Below, one piece after another: positions 18,071-28,000 of a stretch of DNA of 64,000 bases; within the stretch, counting starts at the first letter, position 1, and every line of letters begins with the position of its first letter. The position numbers and the translations under genes are program-made. The stretch comes from Candidatus Latescibacterota bacterium. Lineage in GTDB: Bacteria > Latescibacterota > UBA2968 > UBA8231. The notes under the pieces are model-generated. The model searched no databases. It was not told the origin of the DNA and saw only the letters and a list, made by a program, of their open reading frames with translations. The stretch lies in contig CBDFJF010000001.1 in NCBI GenBank assembly GCA_965248265.1, positions 1,248,001-1,312,000 on the forward strand. The letters run 5' to 3'.

Positions 18071-18730
18071 ATGAGCAGCCGTAACCCTTACATAGATGAA
18101 AAACTGTACGACTACATCCTCGGAACCTCTCTGCGGGATTCACCCCTGCTGGTCCGCCTCAGGGAGGAGACCTCGGAGATGCCCAATGGAGAGATGCAGA
18201 TCTCTCCCGACCAAGGTCAGTTCATGAGCCTGCTGGTCAAGTTGATCGGGGCGCACAAGATCATCGAAGTCGGTTGCTTTACTGGTTACAGCAGTACGGT
18301 CATGGCTCAGGCCCTTCCCGACGACGGAGTTCTGATTACGTGTGATATCAGCGAAGAATTCACCACCGTGGCCCAGCGTTACTGGCGTGAAGCTGGAGTG
18401 GCCGGCAAGATTGAGCTGCGACTGGGCGCGGCGACGAAGACGTTGACCGAATTGTCGGTGGAGGAAGCCGGAACCTTCGATCTGGCCTTCATCGACGCTG
18501 ACAAGACCAGTTACGCCGCTTATGTCGACGCGTGCCTGCAGCTGCTTCGGCCTGGCGGCCTGATGCTGATCGATAATGTGCTCTGGCAGGGAAGGGTGGC
18601 TGACGCTGATGAAAAGGACGAAACGACTGTCGCGATCCGAAAGCTGAATACCGCGTTGCGGGATGACGAGCGCGTGGACCTGTCACTGCTCTCGATCGGC
18701 GACGGTCTCACGCTTGCGCGCAAGCGCTGA
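18071..18730 (+). CDS. SAM-dependent O-methyltransferase (caffeoyl-CoA OMT family)
   Basis: MQISPDQGQF, EVGCFTGYS, FIDADK, DNVLWQG, GDGLTL. Confidence 0.93.
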   Translation: MSSRNPYIDEKLYDYILGTSLRDSPLLVRLREETSEMPNGEMQISPDQGQFMSLLVKLIGAHKIIEVGCFTGYSSTVMAQALPDDGVLITCDISEEFTTVAQRYWREAGVAGKIELRLGAATKTLTELSVEEAGTFDLAFIDADKTSYAAYVDACLQLLRPGGLMLIDNVLWQGRVADADEKDETTVAIRKLNTALRDDERVDLSLLSIGDGLTLARKR

Positions 18731-18754
18731 ATCGCCACCTCGAGTCCGGAGAAT

Positions 18755-19600
18755 TCACTCCAGAACGTCGCTGTGCTCGACCTGGAATACCTGTGAGTGC
18801 AGGTTGGCCAGCCACTGTTTCCCGTCCTGCGTCGCCTGGAGGAATCTGGTTGCGTGCTGGATGTAAGGGCTGACTTCCTTCCAGAAGAAACTGGCGTACC
18901 CGCGCCGCATGTCATCGGGGGTTTTATACCCGGCCTCGGCGTTGCCCCCACTCTGTTCGAACTCGTAGAACAGCGCTGGGATCTTGCGCAGATAATCGGG
19001 GTCTCCCAGTTGTCCGATAAAGTCGGCGGCACGGAGAAGACCTGCGAAACTCTGCGTGTCCTTGTAGTCCGGGTCGTCCGGTACCGGAAAACGAGTCGTT
19101 TCGATGTAGGAAGCGATGATCTCAGGATCGAGGTCCAGGAGAGTCTTCCCGCCAAAGCGCTCCCGTACGAATTGCTTGCTGCGGTCGACGTGGTACGGCG
19201 TCAACGAGGCATCGGTTCCGCCCGGAGGGAGTTTGATCGTCTTTTTGCCCACCCCGGTCGCGTAGGTGCCAACCCCATCGAGCTTGCACACGCCACGCAC
19301 GTATCCGATGTCGTGACAGAGTAGGGCCGTGATGAAATGGGCCCACTCGCGCGGCGACACGCCACCGGCCGTCAGGTGTTTGCCGATCAGAATCTGCTGT
19401 CCCACTGTGGTCACCAGCATCGTATGCTCAATGTCGTGGTAAAGCATGTCGGAGTTGGCGATGTTTTCCAGCGCGAAGCGTCCCACCCAGTTGACGTAGC
19501 CACTGTAGGACGATTCCAGGTCTCCGAAGGCGTCCTTGTAGTCTGCCTCCAGACTCTGACTGAACCGCTTTATGGTTAGGTATTTGAAATTGAATAACAT
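18755..19600 (-). CDS. HD-domain metal-dependent phosphohydrolase (Npun_R2479-like)
   Basis: YHDIEHT, LCHDIGY, PYHVDRS, TRFP, RAADFIGQ. Confidence 0.85.
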   Translation of the reverse strand: MLFNFKYLTIKRFSQSLEADYKDAFGDLESSYSGYVNWVGRFALENIANSDMLYHDIEHTMLVTTVGQQILIGKHLTAGGVSPREWAHFITALLCHDIGYVRGVCKLDGVGTYATGVGKKTIKLPPGGTDASLTPYHVDRSKQFVRERFGGKTLLDLDPEIIASYIETTRFPVPDDPDYKDTQSFAGLLRAADFIGQLGDPDYLRKIPALFYEFEQSGGNAEAGYKTPDDMRRGYASFFWKEVSPYIQHATRFLQATQDGKQWLANLHSQVFQVEHSDVLE

Positions 19601-19709
19601 GCGGGGCTGCCCTTCAGTTTTGGTAATATCGACGGTAATTGAGAATCTAGGCGGTTTGGACACCTGGCGCCACGGCAATCCCGCTTGTCGCTGAAAGGAG
19701 CCGATCGCG

Positions 19710-20543
19710 ATGACCTACATTGATGCCCACGTACATGTGTGGACGGACGACTACGCCCGCTTCCCTTTCCCTGGCACTCAGGGCCAGGGCACGATCGAAC
19801 CTCGGGTCTTTCTCCCTGTCGATATCCTGGCACACGCGAACCCCTGTGGGGTGGAGCGAATCGTGCTGGTGCAGATGAGTTACTACGCGACCGACAATTC
19901 CTACATGCTCCACGTCATCGAAGAGTATCCGGATGTTTTTACCGGCATCGGCATCGTCGATCCCACGGTAGGCGAACCAGATGTTGAGATGATGCGGTTG
20001 CAGGAACGGGGAGTCAGAGGGTTTCGCGTCAGCCCGAGGCAATCGCCCGAATCGTGGCTCGATGGCGAGGGCTTTGAACGCATGTTTCGTGCTGGAGCTG
20101 ACCACAACCTGGCGATCTGCCCGCTCATCAATCCCGAGGCCTTGCCCGCACTCGAGCGCCAGTGCGAGCGCTTTTCACAAACCCCCGTCATCATCGATCA
20201 CCTCTGCCGCATCGGTGCGGACGGCGAGATCAGGGCACACGACGTGGAGTCCCTGTGCGCACTTGCCCGCTTCCCCAGGGTCATGGTGAAGGTTTCCGCA
20301 TTCTACGCGCTGGGCGGGAAGCAACCGCCCTACGACGACCTGGCGCCGTTGATTCGCCAGGTGTACGAGTCCTTTGGGCCGGAGCGCTTGATGTGGGCAA
20401 GTGACTGTCCTTACCAGGTCGCCGCACCACACACATATGAAAACGGTGTCAATCTCGTGCGGACCCGGCTCGACTTCCTCTCCGACGCGGATCGCGATCA
20501 GATACTCGGAGCAACCGCCGAGGCGTTCTTCTTCGATACGTGA
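19710..20543 (+). CDS. Amidohydrolase_2 family hydrolase (lactonase-like)
   Basis: IDAHVHVW, VRGFR, IIDHL, LMWASDCP. Confidence 0.88.
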   Translation: MTYIDAHVHVWTDDYARFPFPGTQGQGTIEPRVFLPVDILAHANPCGVERIVLVQMSYYATDNSYMLHVIEEYPDVFTGIGIVDPTVGEPDVEMMRLQERGVRGFRVSPRQSPESWLDGEGFERMFRAGADHNLAICPLINPEALPALERQCERFSQTPVIIDHLCRIGADGEIRAHDVESLCALARFPRVMVKVSAFYALGGKQPPYDDLAPLIRQVYESFGPERLMWASDCPYQVAAPHTYENGVNLVRTRLDFLSDADRDQILGATAEAFFFDT

Positions 20544-20554
20544 TCTCGAATTCG

Positions 20555-21082
20555 TCAGAATCCCCAGTTCACTATCGGCAGGAAGCCTCTGGGCGTACCG
20601 CTTTTGTTGAAATTGAGAATGCCGACCTGCAACGCGCCATCCAGACTCTCAGCGGTGTTCCAGATCCCCAGTTGCAGCCCGTGTAGCTCGCCTGCCTGAT
20701 TGTAGAATGCTGTCTGCAATCCCGAGGTACGACCACCGGTTATGTTGACGACGCCGGTCTGCCAACCTTTGAATTCGCCATTCACACGGTTGTACACCCC
20801 GTCCTGAAGGCCCGACGCGTTGCCGTCCACTATATTGACCAGCCCTGACTGCAGACCAACGAAATCACCTGTCGTCTTGGTCACCAGGCCGAGATCCAGA
20901 CCGGTGACGTCATGATTGACACCGTAGATCAAACTCAACCTGAGACCCTTCACCGATTCGTCTGCGGAGACAATCTGAGCAGGCGTGTAGAGCGCGACCT
21001 GGATCGGTGATTCTGCTCCTACCTGGGTGGCAAGGCAGGCGGTGAGAACGATCATGGGTGCTGTACCATATATCCGTTTCAT
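20555..21082 (-). CDS. Surface-repeat protein (LA_2272-like G-x-Q-x-G-x-x-N repeats)
   Basis: Repeats GLQSGLVN, GLQDGVYN, GWQTGVVN, GLQTAFYN, GLQLGIWN; ends FLPIVNWGF. Confidence 0.8.
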   Translation of the reverse strand: MKRIYGTAPMIVLTACLATQVGAESPIQVALYTPAQIVSADESVKGLRLSLIYGVNHDVTGLDLGLVTKTTGDFVGLQSGLVNIVDGNASGLQDGVYNRVNGEFKGWQTGVVNITGGRTSGLQTAFYNQAGELHGLQLGIWNTAESLDGALQVGILNFNKSGTPRGFLPIVNWGF

Positions 21083-21192
21083 CGGTTTGCTCCCGTTCGG
21101 TGTGGTTGAGCGCAACCTACTCTATCCTCGCCTCTCTTCTTCCACTCTTCCGTGTCAGTGCTCTCGTGAGATCGATCATCCGGAGCGCGAGG

Positions 21193-21221
21193 AGTATAGC
21201 TAGCAGGAGCTGAGTTTGCCA
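21193..21221 (-). promoter_or_regulatory. Possible sigma70 promoter for the surface-repeat gene
   Basis: Minus strand TGGCAA-N17-TATACT. Confidence 0.35.
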
Positions 21222-21371
21222 CATCCCCACGGACCCCCACCAGCCTACTGCATTGACGTCTACCCGTATAATGGTGTAGGATACGCCCAGCGATCGCGAC
21301 ATCTGTTCATGAACTCAAACGAACTTAGCCCCGCCGGCACCTGACGGCCGGTGCTAACGTGGAGCAACTGC

Positions 21372-22307
21372 ATGGCTCGTGTTGTCTATTTCAACGGTGA
21401 CTTCATCCCCGAAATCGATGCTCGGATCTCCATTTTCGATTCTGCCCTCATGGTCGGGGACATGGTCTTCGAAATGACGCGGACCTTCAATCAGAAGCCG
21501 TTTCAGCTGCGGCACCACCTGGAGCGCCTGTATTCATCGCTCGAGTACGCGCAGATCGAATGCGGACTCACCATCGACGAGATGGAAACGGCCACCCACG
21601 AACCCATCGAGCGCAATCTGCCCAGACTGGAGGACTTCGATATCCAGATCATGCACGACGTGTCGCGGGGTGCCCTGGATCTGTATGAAACACTGGTGCG
21701 GGAAGGAACGCGACCGATCGTTTCGATCAACGTCCTGCCCCTGGTGCGGCACATCGGCCGCTCGGCGAATGCCTATGAGACGGGCGTGCACTTCGTCATT
21801 ACGCCTCAGCTGTCGGTGCCAGCGCGCTATATCGACCCCAAAGCCAAGAACCGGAGTCGCATTTATTACAAAATCGCCGAGCTGCAGGCAGCCCAGATCG
21901 AGGCGGGCGCCTACGCGCTGCTGCGGGACGAGCGCGGCTTCATCACCGAGGGCACGGGCAACAACTTCTTCATGGTCCGCAACAGCGAGATCCTCACACC
22001 ACGGCCGCACGATATTTTGCGTGGTGTTTCACGCGAATTCTGCATGGGATTGGCGAGCAGGCTCGGGATCCCCGTTCACGAGGCCGATATCGAGCCGTAT
22101 GATGTCCGCGAAGCCGACGAAGCCTGGTACACCAGCACCACCGTCTGTATGGTACCGGTGACGCGCTTTGACCTGCGTCCGGTAGGCGACGGCATCCCGG
22201 GCCCCGTCTACCAAAGGCTGCTGGCCGCTTGGTCAAATGAGGTCGATGTCGACATCGCCGAACAGGCAAGGGATTACGGCAAGATCGCTGATGAGTGGAC
22301 ACCCTAA
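21372..22307 (+). CDS. Class IV PLP aminotransferase (BCAT/D-amino-acid aminotransferase family)
   Basis: YFNGDF, GDMVFEMTR, HLERL, AKNRSR (PLP Lys), EGTGNNFF, ILRGVSR. Confidence 0.9.
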   Translation: MARVVYFNGDFIPEIDARISIFDSALMVGDMVFEMTRTFNQKPFQLRHHLERLYSSLEYAQIECGLTIDEMETATHEPIERNLPRLEDFDIQIMHDVSRGALDLYETLVREGTRPIVSINVLPLVRHIGRSANAYETGVHFVITPQLSVPARYIDPKAKNRSRIYYKIAELQAAQIEAGAYALLRDERGFITEGTGNNFFMVRNSEILTPRPHDILRGVSREFCMGLASRLGIPVHEADIEPYDVREADEAWYTSTTVCMVPVTRFDLRPVGDGIPGPVYQRLLAAWSNEVDVDIAEQARDYGKIADEWTP

Positions 22308-22841
22308 GATGTCACTTGCTCAGGTTGAACAGAAAATCCACCTGTGTATAGATCTGAGCCACCGAGTCGTCGCCGTTTACCAGCGCGTACCTGACTCCCC
22401 CAAGCACACGCCGGGATGACCCAAGCCGTCTCAACAGACCCGCCTTCAAGCCAACCAGGCCACCGCGACGATCGACGTCGTACAAGGACTCTCCCGCTGT
22501 AAAGAAAACCCAGCGCCGCAACCGAAAGAACCAGTGAGACTGCGCGATTGTCGCCGCGAATAGCTCCCAGTGCCATTCCAGCTGCCGCACACGTGGTACA
22601 TGTGATCATGACCTTTATAGAATCCTCCCGAGTGTCGCAGATCCGATTCCACAGGTAGATACTCGCTCATGGCCGCCAGGCATGCCGTGCGAGAAGGCCA
22701 CTCCGGCTCGACTCTCGGCAGCGGAAGATCGTGGACGTGTGCGCACGGGCATATGGCCTATAATATGTCGCGCACTCCATTGATAAATTTCGCACTCCAT
22801 GCTGGACAAGCTCGCCTGGCGTGCATTCGAGAAATGGGACC

Positions 22842-24146
22842 ATGACGGAAACAGAAACTGAAGCGGAATCTGGCAATGACCAGCCGACGGCACTGCTGAT
22901 CATCCCGGGGGGAGGCGGCAAGTCTGAACAGGCTCTGTCCAAATTCCTCCAGATGATATTGGAGTACCGCTACGGGCTCGAGGTTGAATTGATAACCAAT
23001 GTGCGCCTCGTGGTCTCGGTCCTGAAGGAGCACAAGGCCCTGCACTCGGTTTACCTGATACAGGGCCAACCGGTCAGTGTCAACAGCACCGTTCCGATAC
23101 TCACGGCGAAAGGCACACTCCCCCTGTTCATCATTCAACCCAAACGCATCGCCCAGGATCAGATGGAGCAAAGCAAGGATGTGGAAGGGGTCCACGTTTG
23201 CGCCTGGGAATCGGCCTTCGGTCACAGCGATGCCTGCCTGGCGCGGACGGTCTCCCGAGGCCTCTCCCTGGCGGACCGCAGCTCAGGTAGTTCAGGTGAG
23301 GACGACGCGGAGCGGCTACGAGAGCGCCTGGCCAAGCTGGACACCCTGCCCAGCCTGCCGACGGTCGTGGGCCGGCTGATGCAGCTCATCCAGGATCCCA
23401 AATCGACGATGTCAGAGCTCGAAGTGCTCCTCGACTCCGACCCCGCCATTGCCCTCAAAGTCAGACAGGTGGCCAACTCCGCCGCCGTCGCCGGTGCCTC
23501 CGCCAAGGGCGCTGGCTCGCTGAAAGACGCCATCACGCGGTTGGGTACCAGAAAGGTTGGCGCCATCGCCCAGCAAATCGCCTTGATCAACTCGATGGTG
23601 CAACCCGACGCCAGCGACTTCGACTTGCGCAAGTTCTGGGGCCACTCGCTGGCCTGCGCCATCGTCGCCGACCGCGTGCACGACGGCGAGTTCGTCGACT
23701 GGGAGGAGAGGGTGCCGTTCAACGACTACTGGATTGCAGCACTGCTGCACGACTGCGGCAAAGCCATACAGGGGTTCTTCTTCTGGGACTGGTTCGAGCG
23801 TATCACTGAAACCATGGAGGAAGAAGAGTGCTCGTTCTACGATGCTGAAACCGCGCTCGGGGACGGCCTGATCACCCACGACCAGATCAGCGAGATGATG
23901 CTGCAGAAGGCGGAAATGCCAGAGGAACTGGTCGAGGCTGTGGGACTTCATCACGAACCGGGTGAAGCACCTACACCGTTGGTTGCCCTCATTCATGTGG
24001 CCGACGCTCTGTGCAATGATATGGGCTTTGGCTACAACGACACGATCAAAGTGAAATACGACCGGAAGGCGCTCAAAACGCTGGGACTGACCAAAGAAAC
24101 GGTTTCGGAAATGGTCGAAACCCTGCGCGAGCCGGTTGCCAAGTAG
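22842..24146 (+). CDS. HDOD domain signalling protein with N-terminal receiver-like region
   Basis: LPSLPTV, DPAIALKV..VANS, AITRLG, FWGHSLA, LLHDCGK, HHEP, VADAL. Confidence 0.88.
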   Translation: MTETETEAESGNDQPTALLIIPGGGGKSEQALSKFLQMILEYRYGLEVELITNVRLVVSVLKEHKALHSVYLIQGQPVSVNSTVPILTAKGTLPLFIIQPKRIAQDQMEQSKDVEGVHVCAWESAFGHSDACLARTVSRGLSLADRSSGSSGEDDAERLRERLAKLDTLPSLPTVVGRLMQLIQDPKSTMSELEVLLDSDPAIALKVRQVANSAAVAGASAKGAGSLKDAITRLGTRKVGAIAQQIALINSMVQPDASDFDLRKFWGHSLACAIVADRVHDGEFVDWEERVPFNDYWIAALLHDCGKAIQGFFFWDWFERITETMEEEECSFYDAETALGDGLITHDQISEMMLQKAEMPEELVEAVGLHHEPGEAPTPLVALIHVADALCNDMGFGYNDTIKVKYDRKALKTLGLTKETVSEMVETLREPVAK

Positions 24147-24305
24147 ATCGTGGAACTGGTCAGCCAGTGCCTGGGCGACTCACCATCCGACTGAGTCGCG
24201 GCCTCGTCTCGACCGTGCCGCACTCGCAGATTTTCTTCGTTACCGTCCTTCTCTGCATCATCGCATCCGCCCTCTTGGTAGAAAGTCGCGCCACCACAGT
24301 CGGGG

Positions 24306-25223
24306 TTATCGATTGATCAGGATGATACCGATGACGATGATGATTGCGCCGGTAGTGGCTGTCAGCAGACTTGCCGGTACCTGGAGACCCAGACCCGGCG
24401 CGATGGCGTCGACGGTAATCTGCAGGACAAAGGTCATGAAGACGGAGCTGAGAAACAGGATGGAGCAGCGTGAGGCGCCGATGTGGGGCATCGCGGCGTT
24501 GTAGGTCAACCAGGAGATGCCCAGCAGGAAGCCTCTGATGATGATGACGAAGAGCACTGGCCAGACGATTGTTCTGACTGGGGTTGCCGTAACAGTGGCA
24601 ACCAACGGAGCCACCCCCAACACGAAGGGTAGCATGAAGACGGAGCCGATGAGAAACCCGCCGGCAGTGACAAAGCGGGGATCGCGGCGATCGAGCAGCG
24701 GCTTGAGTGCAACAATGCCAGCGGCGAACGATGTCGCGGCGAGCAGGGTCAGCGCCTCCCCAGTTCCCAGCTGCAGCTCCCAGATGGCGGGATCGAAGTT
24801 GACGAGACTCGTCCCACCCACAGCGAGGAAGGTGCCAAACCAGTGGCGGGCAGACCACTTCTCACCGAGAAAGAGCACGGCGAGGATGACGACGAAAATC
24901 GCTTCGAGTCGGCCGAGCATAACAGTTTTAGCGGCGCCGATGTGGTCGATGGCGAGGTAGTAGAGGACGAAGCCGACGCAGAAAATCGCCATGCCGCCCG
25001 CGAAGAGGCGAAACCAGTCCGCCGCAGGCCAGCGGCGCCAGGGGCGTGAGCCATCACTGAGGACGGGGATGAGGAGGAGGCCAAGTGCGGAGAGGTTGGA
25101 GAAGAAAGCGATCGACAGCGAGGTGACAGAGAACCTGAGCGCAATTTCAGTGAGAATGGCACCCAGGGCAGCGGCGGCGGCCGAAGCAAAGACGAACAGG
25201 GTGTAGCGGTTTTTTGGTGTCAC
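24306..25223 (-). CDS. DMT/EamA family transporter
   Basis: About 10 TM helices; 'IFVVILAVLFLGEK' EamA motif; GTG start inferred. Confidence 0.85.
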   Translation of the reverse strand: MTPKNRYTLFVFASAAAAALGAILTEIALRFSVTSLSIAFFSNLSALGLLLIPVLSDGSRPWRRWPAADWFRLFAGGMAIFCVGFVLYYLAIDHIGAAKTVMLGRLEAIFVVILAVLFLGEKWSARHWFGTFLAVGGTSLVNFDPAIWELQLGTGEALTLLAATSFAAGIVALKPLLDRRDPRFVTAGGFLIGSVFMLPFVLGVAPLVATVTATPVRTIVWPVLFVIIIRGFLLGISWLTYNAAMPHIGASRCSILFLSSVFMTFVLQITVDAIAPGLGLQVPASLLTATTGAIIIVIGIILINR

Positions 25224-25385
25224 TGATGCGGCTGCCCGTGGTGAGTTGGAGCCATAATCAAAGTACGCTACGGTTACAGAAGCAAACGCAGCCTGAAAGT
25301 CATGACGCCGGCGAGAAGCCCGAGGCGGCGGCGTGAGCTGCCACTGCTTTGAGCCCGCCAGGTGCTCATGCGAAGGATGGGACTG

Positions 25386-25653
25386 ATGATGTTGGACGGA
25401 AAAGTCGCGATCGTGACCGGAGCCTCGCGCGGATTGGGGGAAGGAATTACCCGGGCACTGGCGCATCGCCGGGACCCGCAGCTCCGAGCCGGAGCGCTAC
25501 CTGCGCGAGTTGGGCCAGGGTATGCCCCTCGGCCGGCTCGGCACGCCCGAAGACATGGGTGAGCTGACCGTGTTCCTGGCTTCGGATCGCTCGCGCTACA
25601 TCACCGGCACCGAAATCGTCATCGACGGAGGCAACGTCATCTGCGAGCATTGA
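25386..25653 (+). pseudogene. SDR oxidoreductase with large internal deletion
   Basis: N-terminus LDGKVAIVTGASRGLG joined out of frame to C-terminus MPLGRLGTPEDMGELTVFLASDRSRYITGTEIVIDGG; the catalytic core is missing. Confidence 0.85.
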
Positions 25654-25727
25654 GAGCGTAGAGCATTTTTGCGCGTGCGACGGCTCGGCTCGAAACCAAT
25701 CCGTGCAAGCAAGGAGAACAGAAATCC

Positions 25728-26660
25728 ATGCGCATAGCTGTCGTGGGACCGGGTGGCCTCGGAGGTCGATACGCCGTCCTATTGGCGCAGGCCGGTGAGG
25801 AAGTCTCCGTGATTGCCCGCGGTACCCACCTCGAGGCGATCCGGGAGAAGGGCCTCACCCTGCGGCGCTTCGAGGAAGAGGTGGCGACAGTCAAGATGCC
25901 GGCCACAGACGATCCCGGCGAGGTGGGCCCCGTCGATCTGGTCCTGTTCTGCGTCAAGGCCTACGACCTCGAGTCCGCTGCGACACGGGCCCTCCCCCTC
26001 GTCGCCGAGCATACCGTCATACTGCCGATCCAAAACGGTGTGACCATCGGTACCAGCTTGCGCCAGGTCGTTGGCGAGAACGCCGTGCTGGGCGGCGCCA
26101 CCTACGCCGACGGCACCATCGTAGAGCCCGGGGTAATCACCCACGGCCACATCGAAGCCCCGATCCTGTTCGGAGAGCTGGAGGGCGGCGAGAGCGAGCG
26201 CACCGCGATTATCCAGACTACGTTCGATAACGCCGGTCTGCAGGCGGAGGCAAGAACGGATATATCGGTGGTGTTGTGGGAGAAGTTCGTCGCTGTCTGC
26301 GCTACTGCTGGCGTCCTCGCGGTGCTTCGCCTTCCTCTCGGCACCGCCTTCGAGATTCCCGAGTGTGGCGAGCTGCTCCTCGGTGTCATGCGGGAAGTGG
26401 AAGCGCTATCGCACGCGAAGGGCATTGGCCTCGAAAAGGGCATCGCCGATCGTCAGTTCACCTATCTCCGAGACAAGGTTCCCCCGTCGACGCGCAGCTC
26501 GCAGCTCAACGACATCCTCAATGGCCGGCGGCTGGAGCTGGAGTATCTCAATGGCGCTGCCGTGAGGCTCGGCGAAGAGCTGGGCGTGCCGACCCCGTTG
26601 AACCGATTCTGTTACGCCGCCCTGAAGCCGCACGTCGACGGGGCGCCCGACCGCAAATGA
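25728..26660 (+). CDS. panE: 2-dehydropantoate 2-reductase (ketopantoate reductase family)
   Basis: GPGGLGG, FCVKAYD, QNGV, LWEKF, RSSQLND...GRRLELEYLNG, PTPLN. Confidence 0.88.
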   Translation: MRIAVVGPGGLGGRYAVLLAQAGEEVSVIARGTHLEAIREKGLTLRRFEEEVATVKMPATDDPGEVGPVDLVLFCVKAYDLESAATRALPLVAEHTVILPIQNGVTIGTSLRQVVGENAVLGGATYADGTIVEPGVITHGHIEAPILFGELEGGESERTAIIQTTFDNAGLQAEARTDISVVLWEKFVAVCATAGVLAVLRLPLGTAFEIPECGELLLGVMREVEALSHAKGIGLEKGIADRQFTYLRDKVPPSTRSSQLNDILNGRRLELEYLNGAAVRLGEELGVPTPLNRFCYAALKPHVDGAPDRK

Positions 26661-26955
26661 CTCACCGAGCACTGCGTCGATCAGCGTTGGGCCCGGTTTG
26701 GCAGCGTGAACCAAATACTGAGATACTCGGCGGTATGCGCTCTAGCGCTGGTGTTGGTCAACCGCTGTGCGCTGGCGGTTCAGGCGGACGGCGGCGGCCG
26801 GCATGGTGCCGGTTGGTGAGCAAGCGACGATCCAACCCTGTGTCCATCTGGTACGTCCCGCGCACCCGTGTCATGGTGTATCGACTAGCTCACGGTAGTG
26901 TGTTGATTCCTTCACACGGCGGTTGCGTTGCCTCGCTCAGACTCTGTTCGCCTGA

Positions 26956-27822
26956 TCACAGCTCCAACCGCAGCCCATCGTACGGCAGCTGCAACCCGCG
27001 TGCGGCCATCTCATCGGCGATATCGTCGTGCGGCGGCACGGTTTCCAGGCTCAGGTGTGAGAGCAGCACGACGGTGTTGTCGATGACCGTGCCGTAGCCG
27101 CGCAGTTCGGCGACCAACTCTTCGACGATGGCGAAATTCATGTGGCCGCTGCCGGTGAGATCGATCTCCATCGGTCCGAAAGTGGCATCGAGGACGGCCG
27201 CGTCAAAACGAAAATCCTGCATGCGTTCGATCGCCTCTGGTAGCGGGTAGGAAGAATCGAGACCGTAGAAGAAGGTCTTGCCATCCCGTTCGATGATGTA
27301 GTTGAGTGCCTGCTGCTCCGGGACCAGGTTGGTCTTGTCGATAAAATGATTGCTCGGCAGGACCGTGAACGAGGCGTCCGCCGCCATGAACGTATCACCC
27401 GGCCCGACGGTGTGATAGCGCACTTCGGCGGCGCTCTCCTGCTTGAAGAAGCGCCCCATGGCGGCATCCCACCGATGCGTTGCTGCAAACGCGATTGCCT
27501 CTCCGACCATGGTATTGCCGTAGATGTCGAGCCCTCCCGGTAACTTTGCTGCAAGCTCCAGAATGGCCTTCGGCCTGAAGTGGTCACCATGCCCGTGGGT
27601 CATGACAAGATGCGAGACCGCCTGCTCGCTTGCTCCAAATGACTCCACTGGCCCTGCGTCGTGGTAGTCGATGCGTATGTCCGGCTCGAGCAGGATCGAT
27701 GCCGGCCCACGCAGGTTTCGCCCTCCTAATTCGCGCACCCGTGGCAGGTACCCGTCCGTGATGGATTCGTCTGCTAACTTCGGCGTATCACCGGCGCCGG
27801 TCCCTACGAATAGGATTTTCAC
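26956..27822 (-). CDS. MBL-fold metallo-hydrolase (PhnP-like)
   Basis: FVGTGAG, THGHGDH, GLDS, GHM, LSHLS, PYDG. Confidence 0.85.
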   Translation of the reverse strand: MKILFVGTGAGDTPKLADESITDGYLPRVRELGGRNLRGPASILLEPDIRIDYHDAGPVESFGASEQAVSHLVMTHGHGDHFRPKAILELAAKLPGGLDIYGNTMVGEAIAFAATHRWDAAMGRFFKQESAAEVRYHTVGPGDTFMAADASFTVLPSNHFIDKTNLVPEQQALNYIIERDGKTFFYGLDSSYPLPEAIERMQDFRFDAAVLDATFGPMEIDLTGSGHMNFAIVEELVAELRGYGTVIDNTVVLLSHLSLETVPPHDDIADEMAARGLQLPYDGLRLEL

Positions 27823-28000
27823 TTTCCTCTCCCGCTTTGGTCTGCCGCTTTGGTTTCCATGCCTGTGGCCGCGGCAAGAATAAGGAGATTCTCATCGACG
27901 CGCCGACCCCGTTGACCGATAGTTGCGTACGGCGCTTGATTGGTCTCTACTTTACACCTGTTCCTATGTGTTGACAGCCACCAGGCGCATCCTCGGGCTT

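Noticed and set aside
21110-21240. c-di-GMP riboswitch suggested by GGCAAAC on the minus strand
   Set aside because: The remaining conserved elements and stems are not present.
24144-24146. Pyrrolysine codon in the HDOD gene
   Set aside because: No pyl genes or methyltransferase context in the window; a nonsense change is simpler.
26661-26955. Possible ncRNA or gene remnant between convergent genes
   Set aside because: No recognisable structure, repeat or protein motif in the frames examined.
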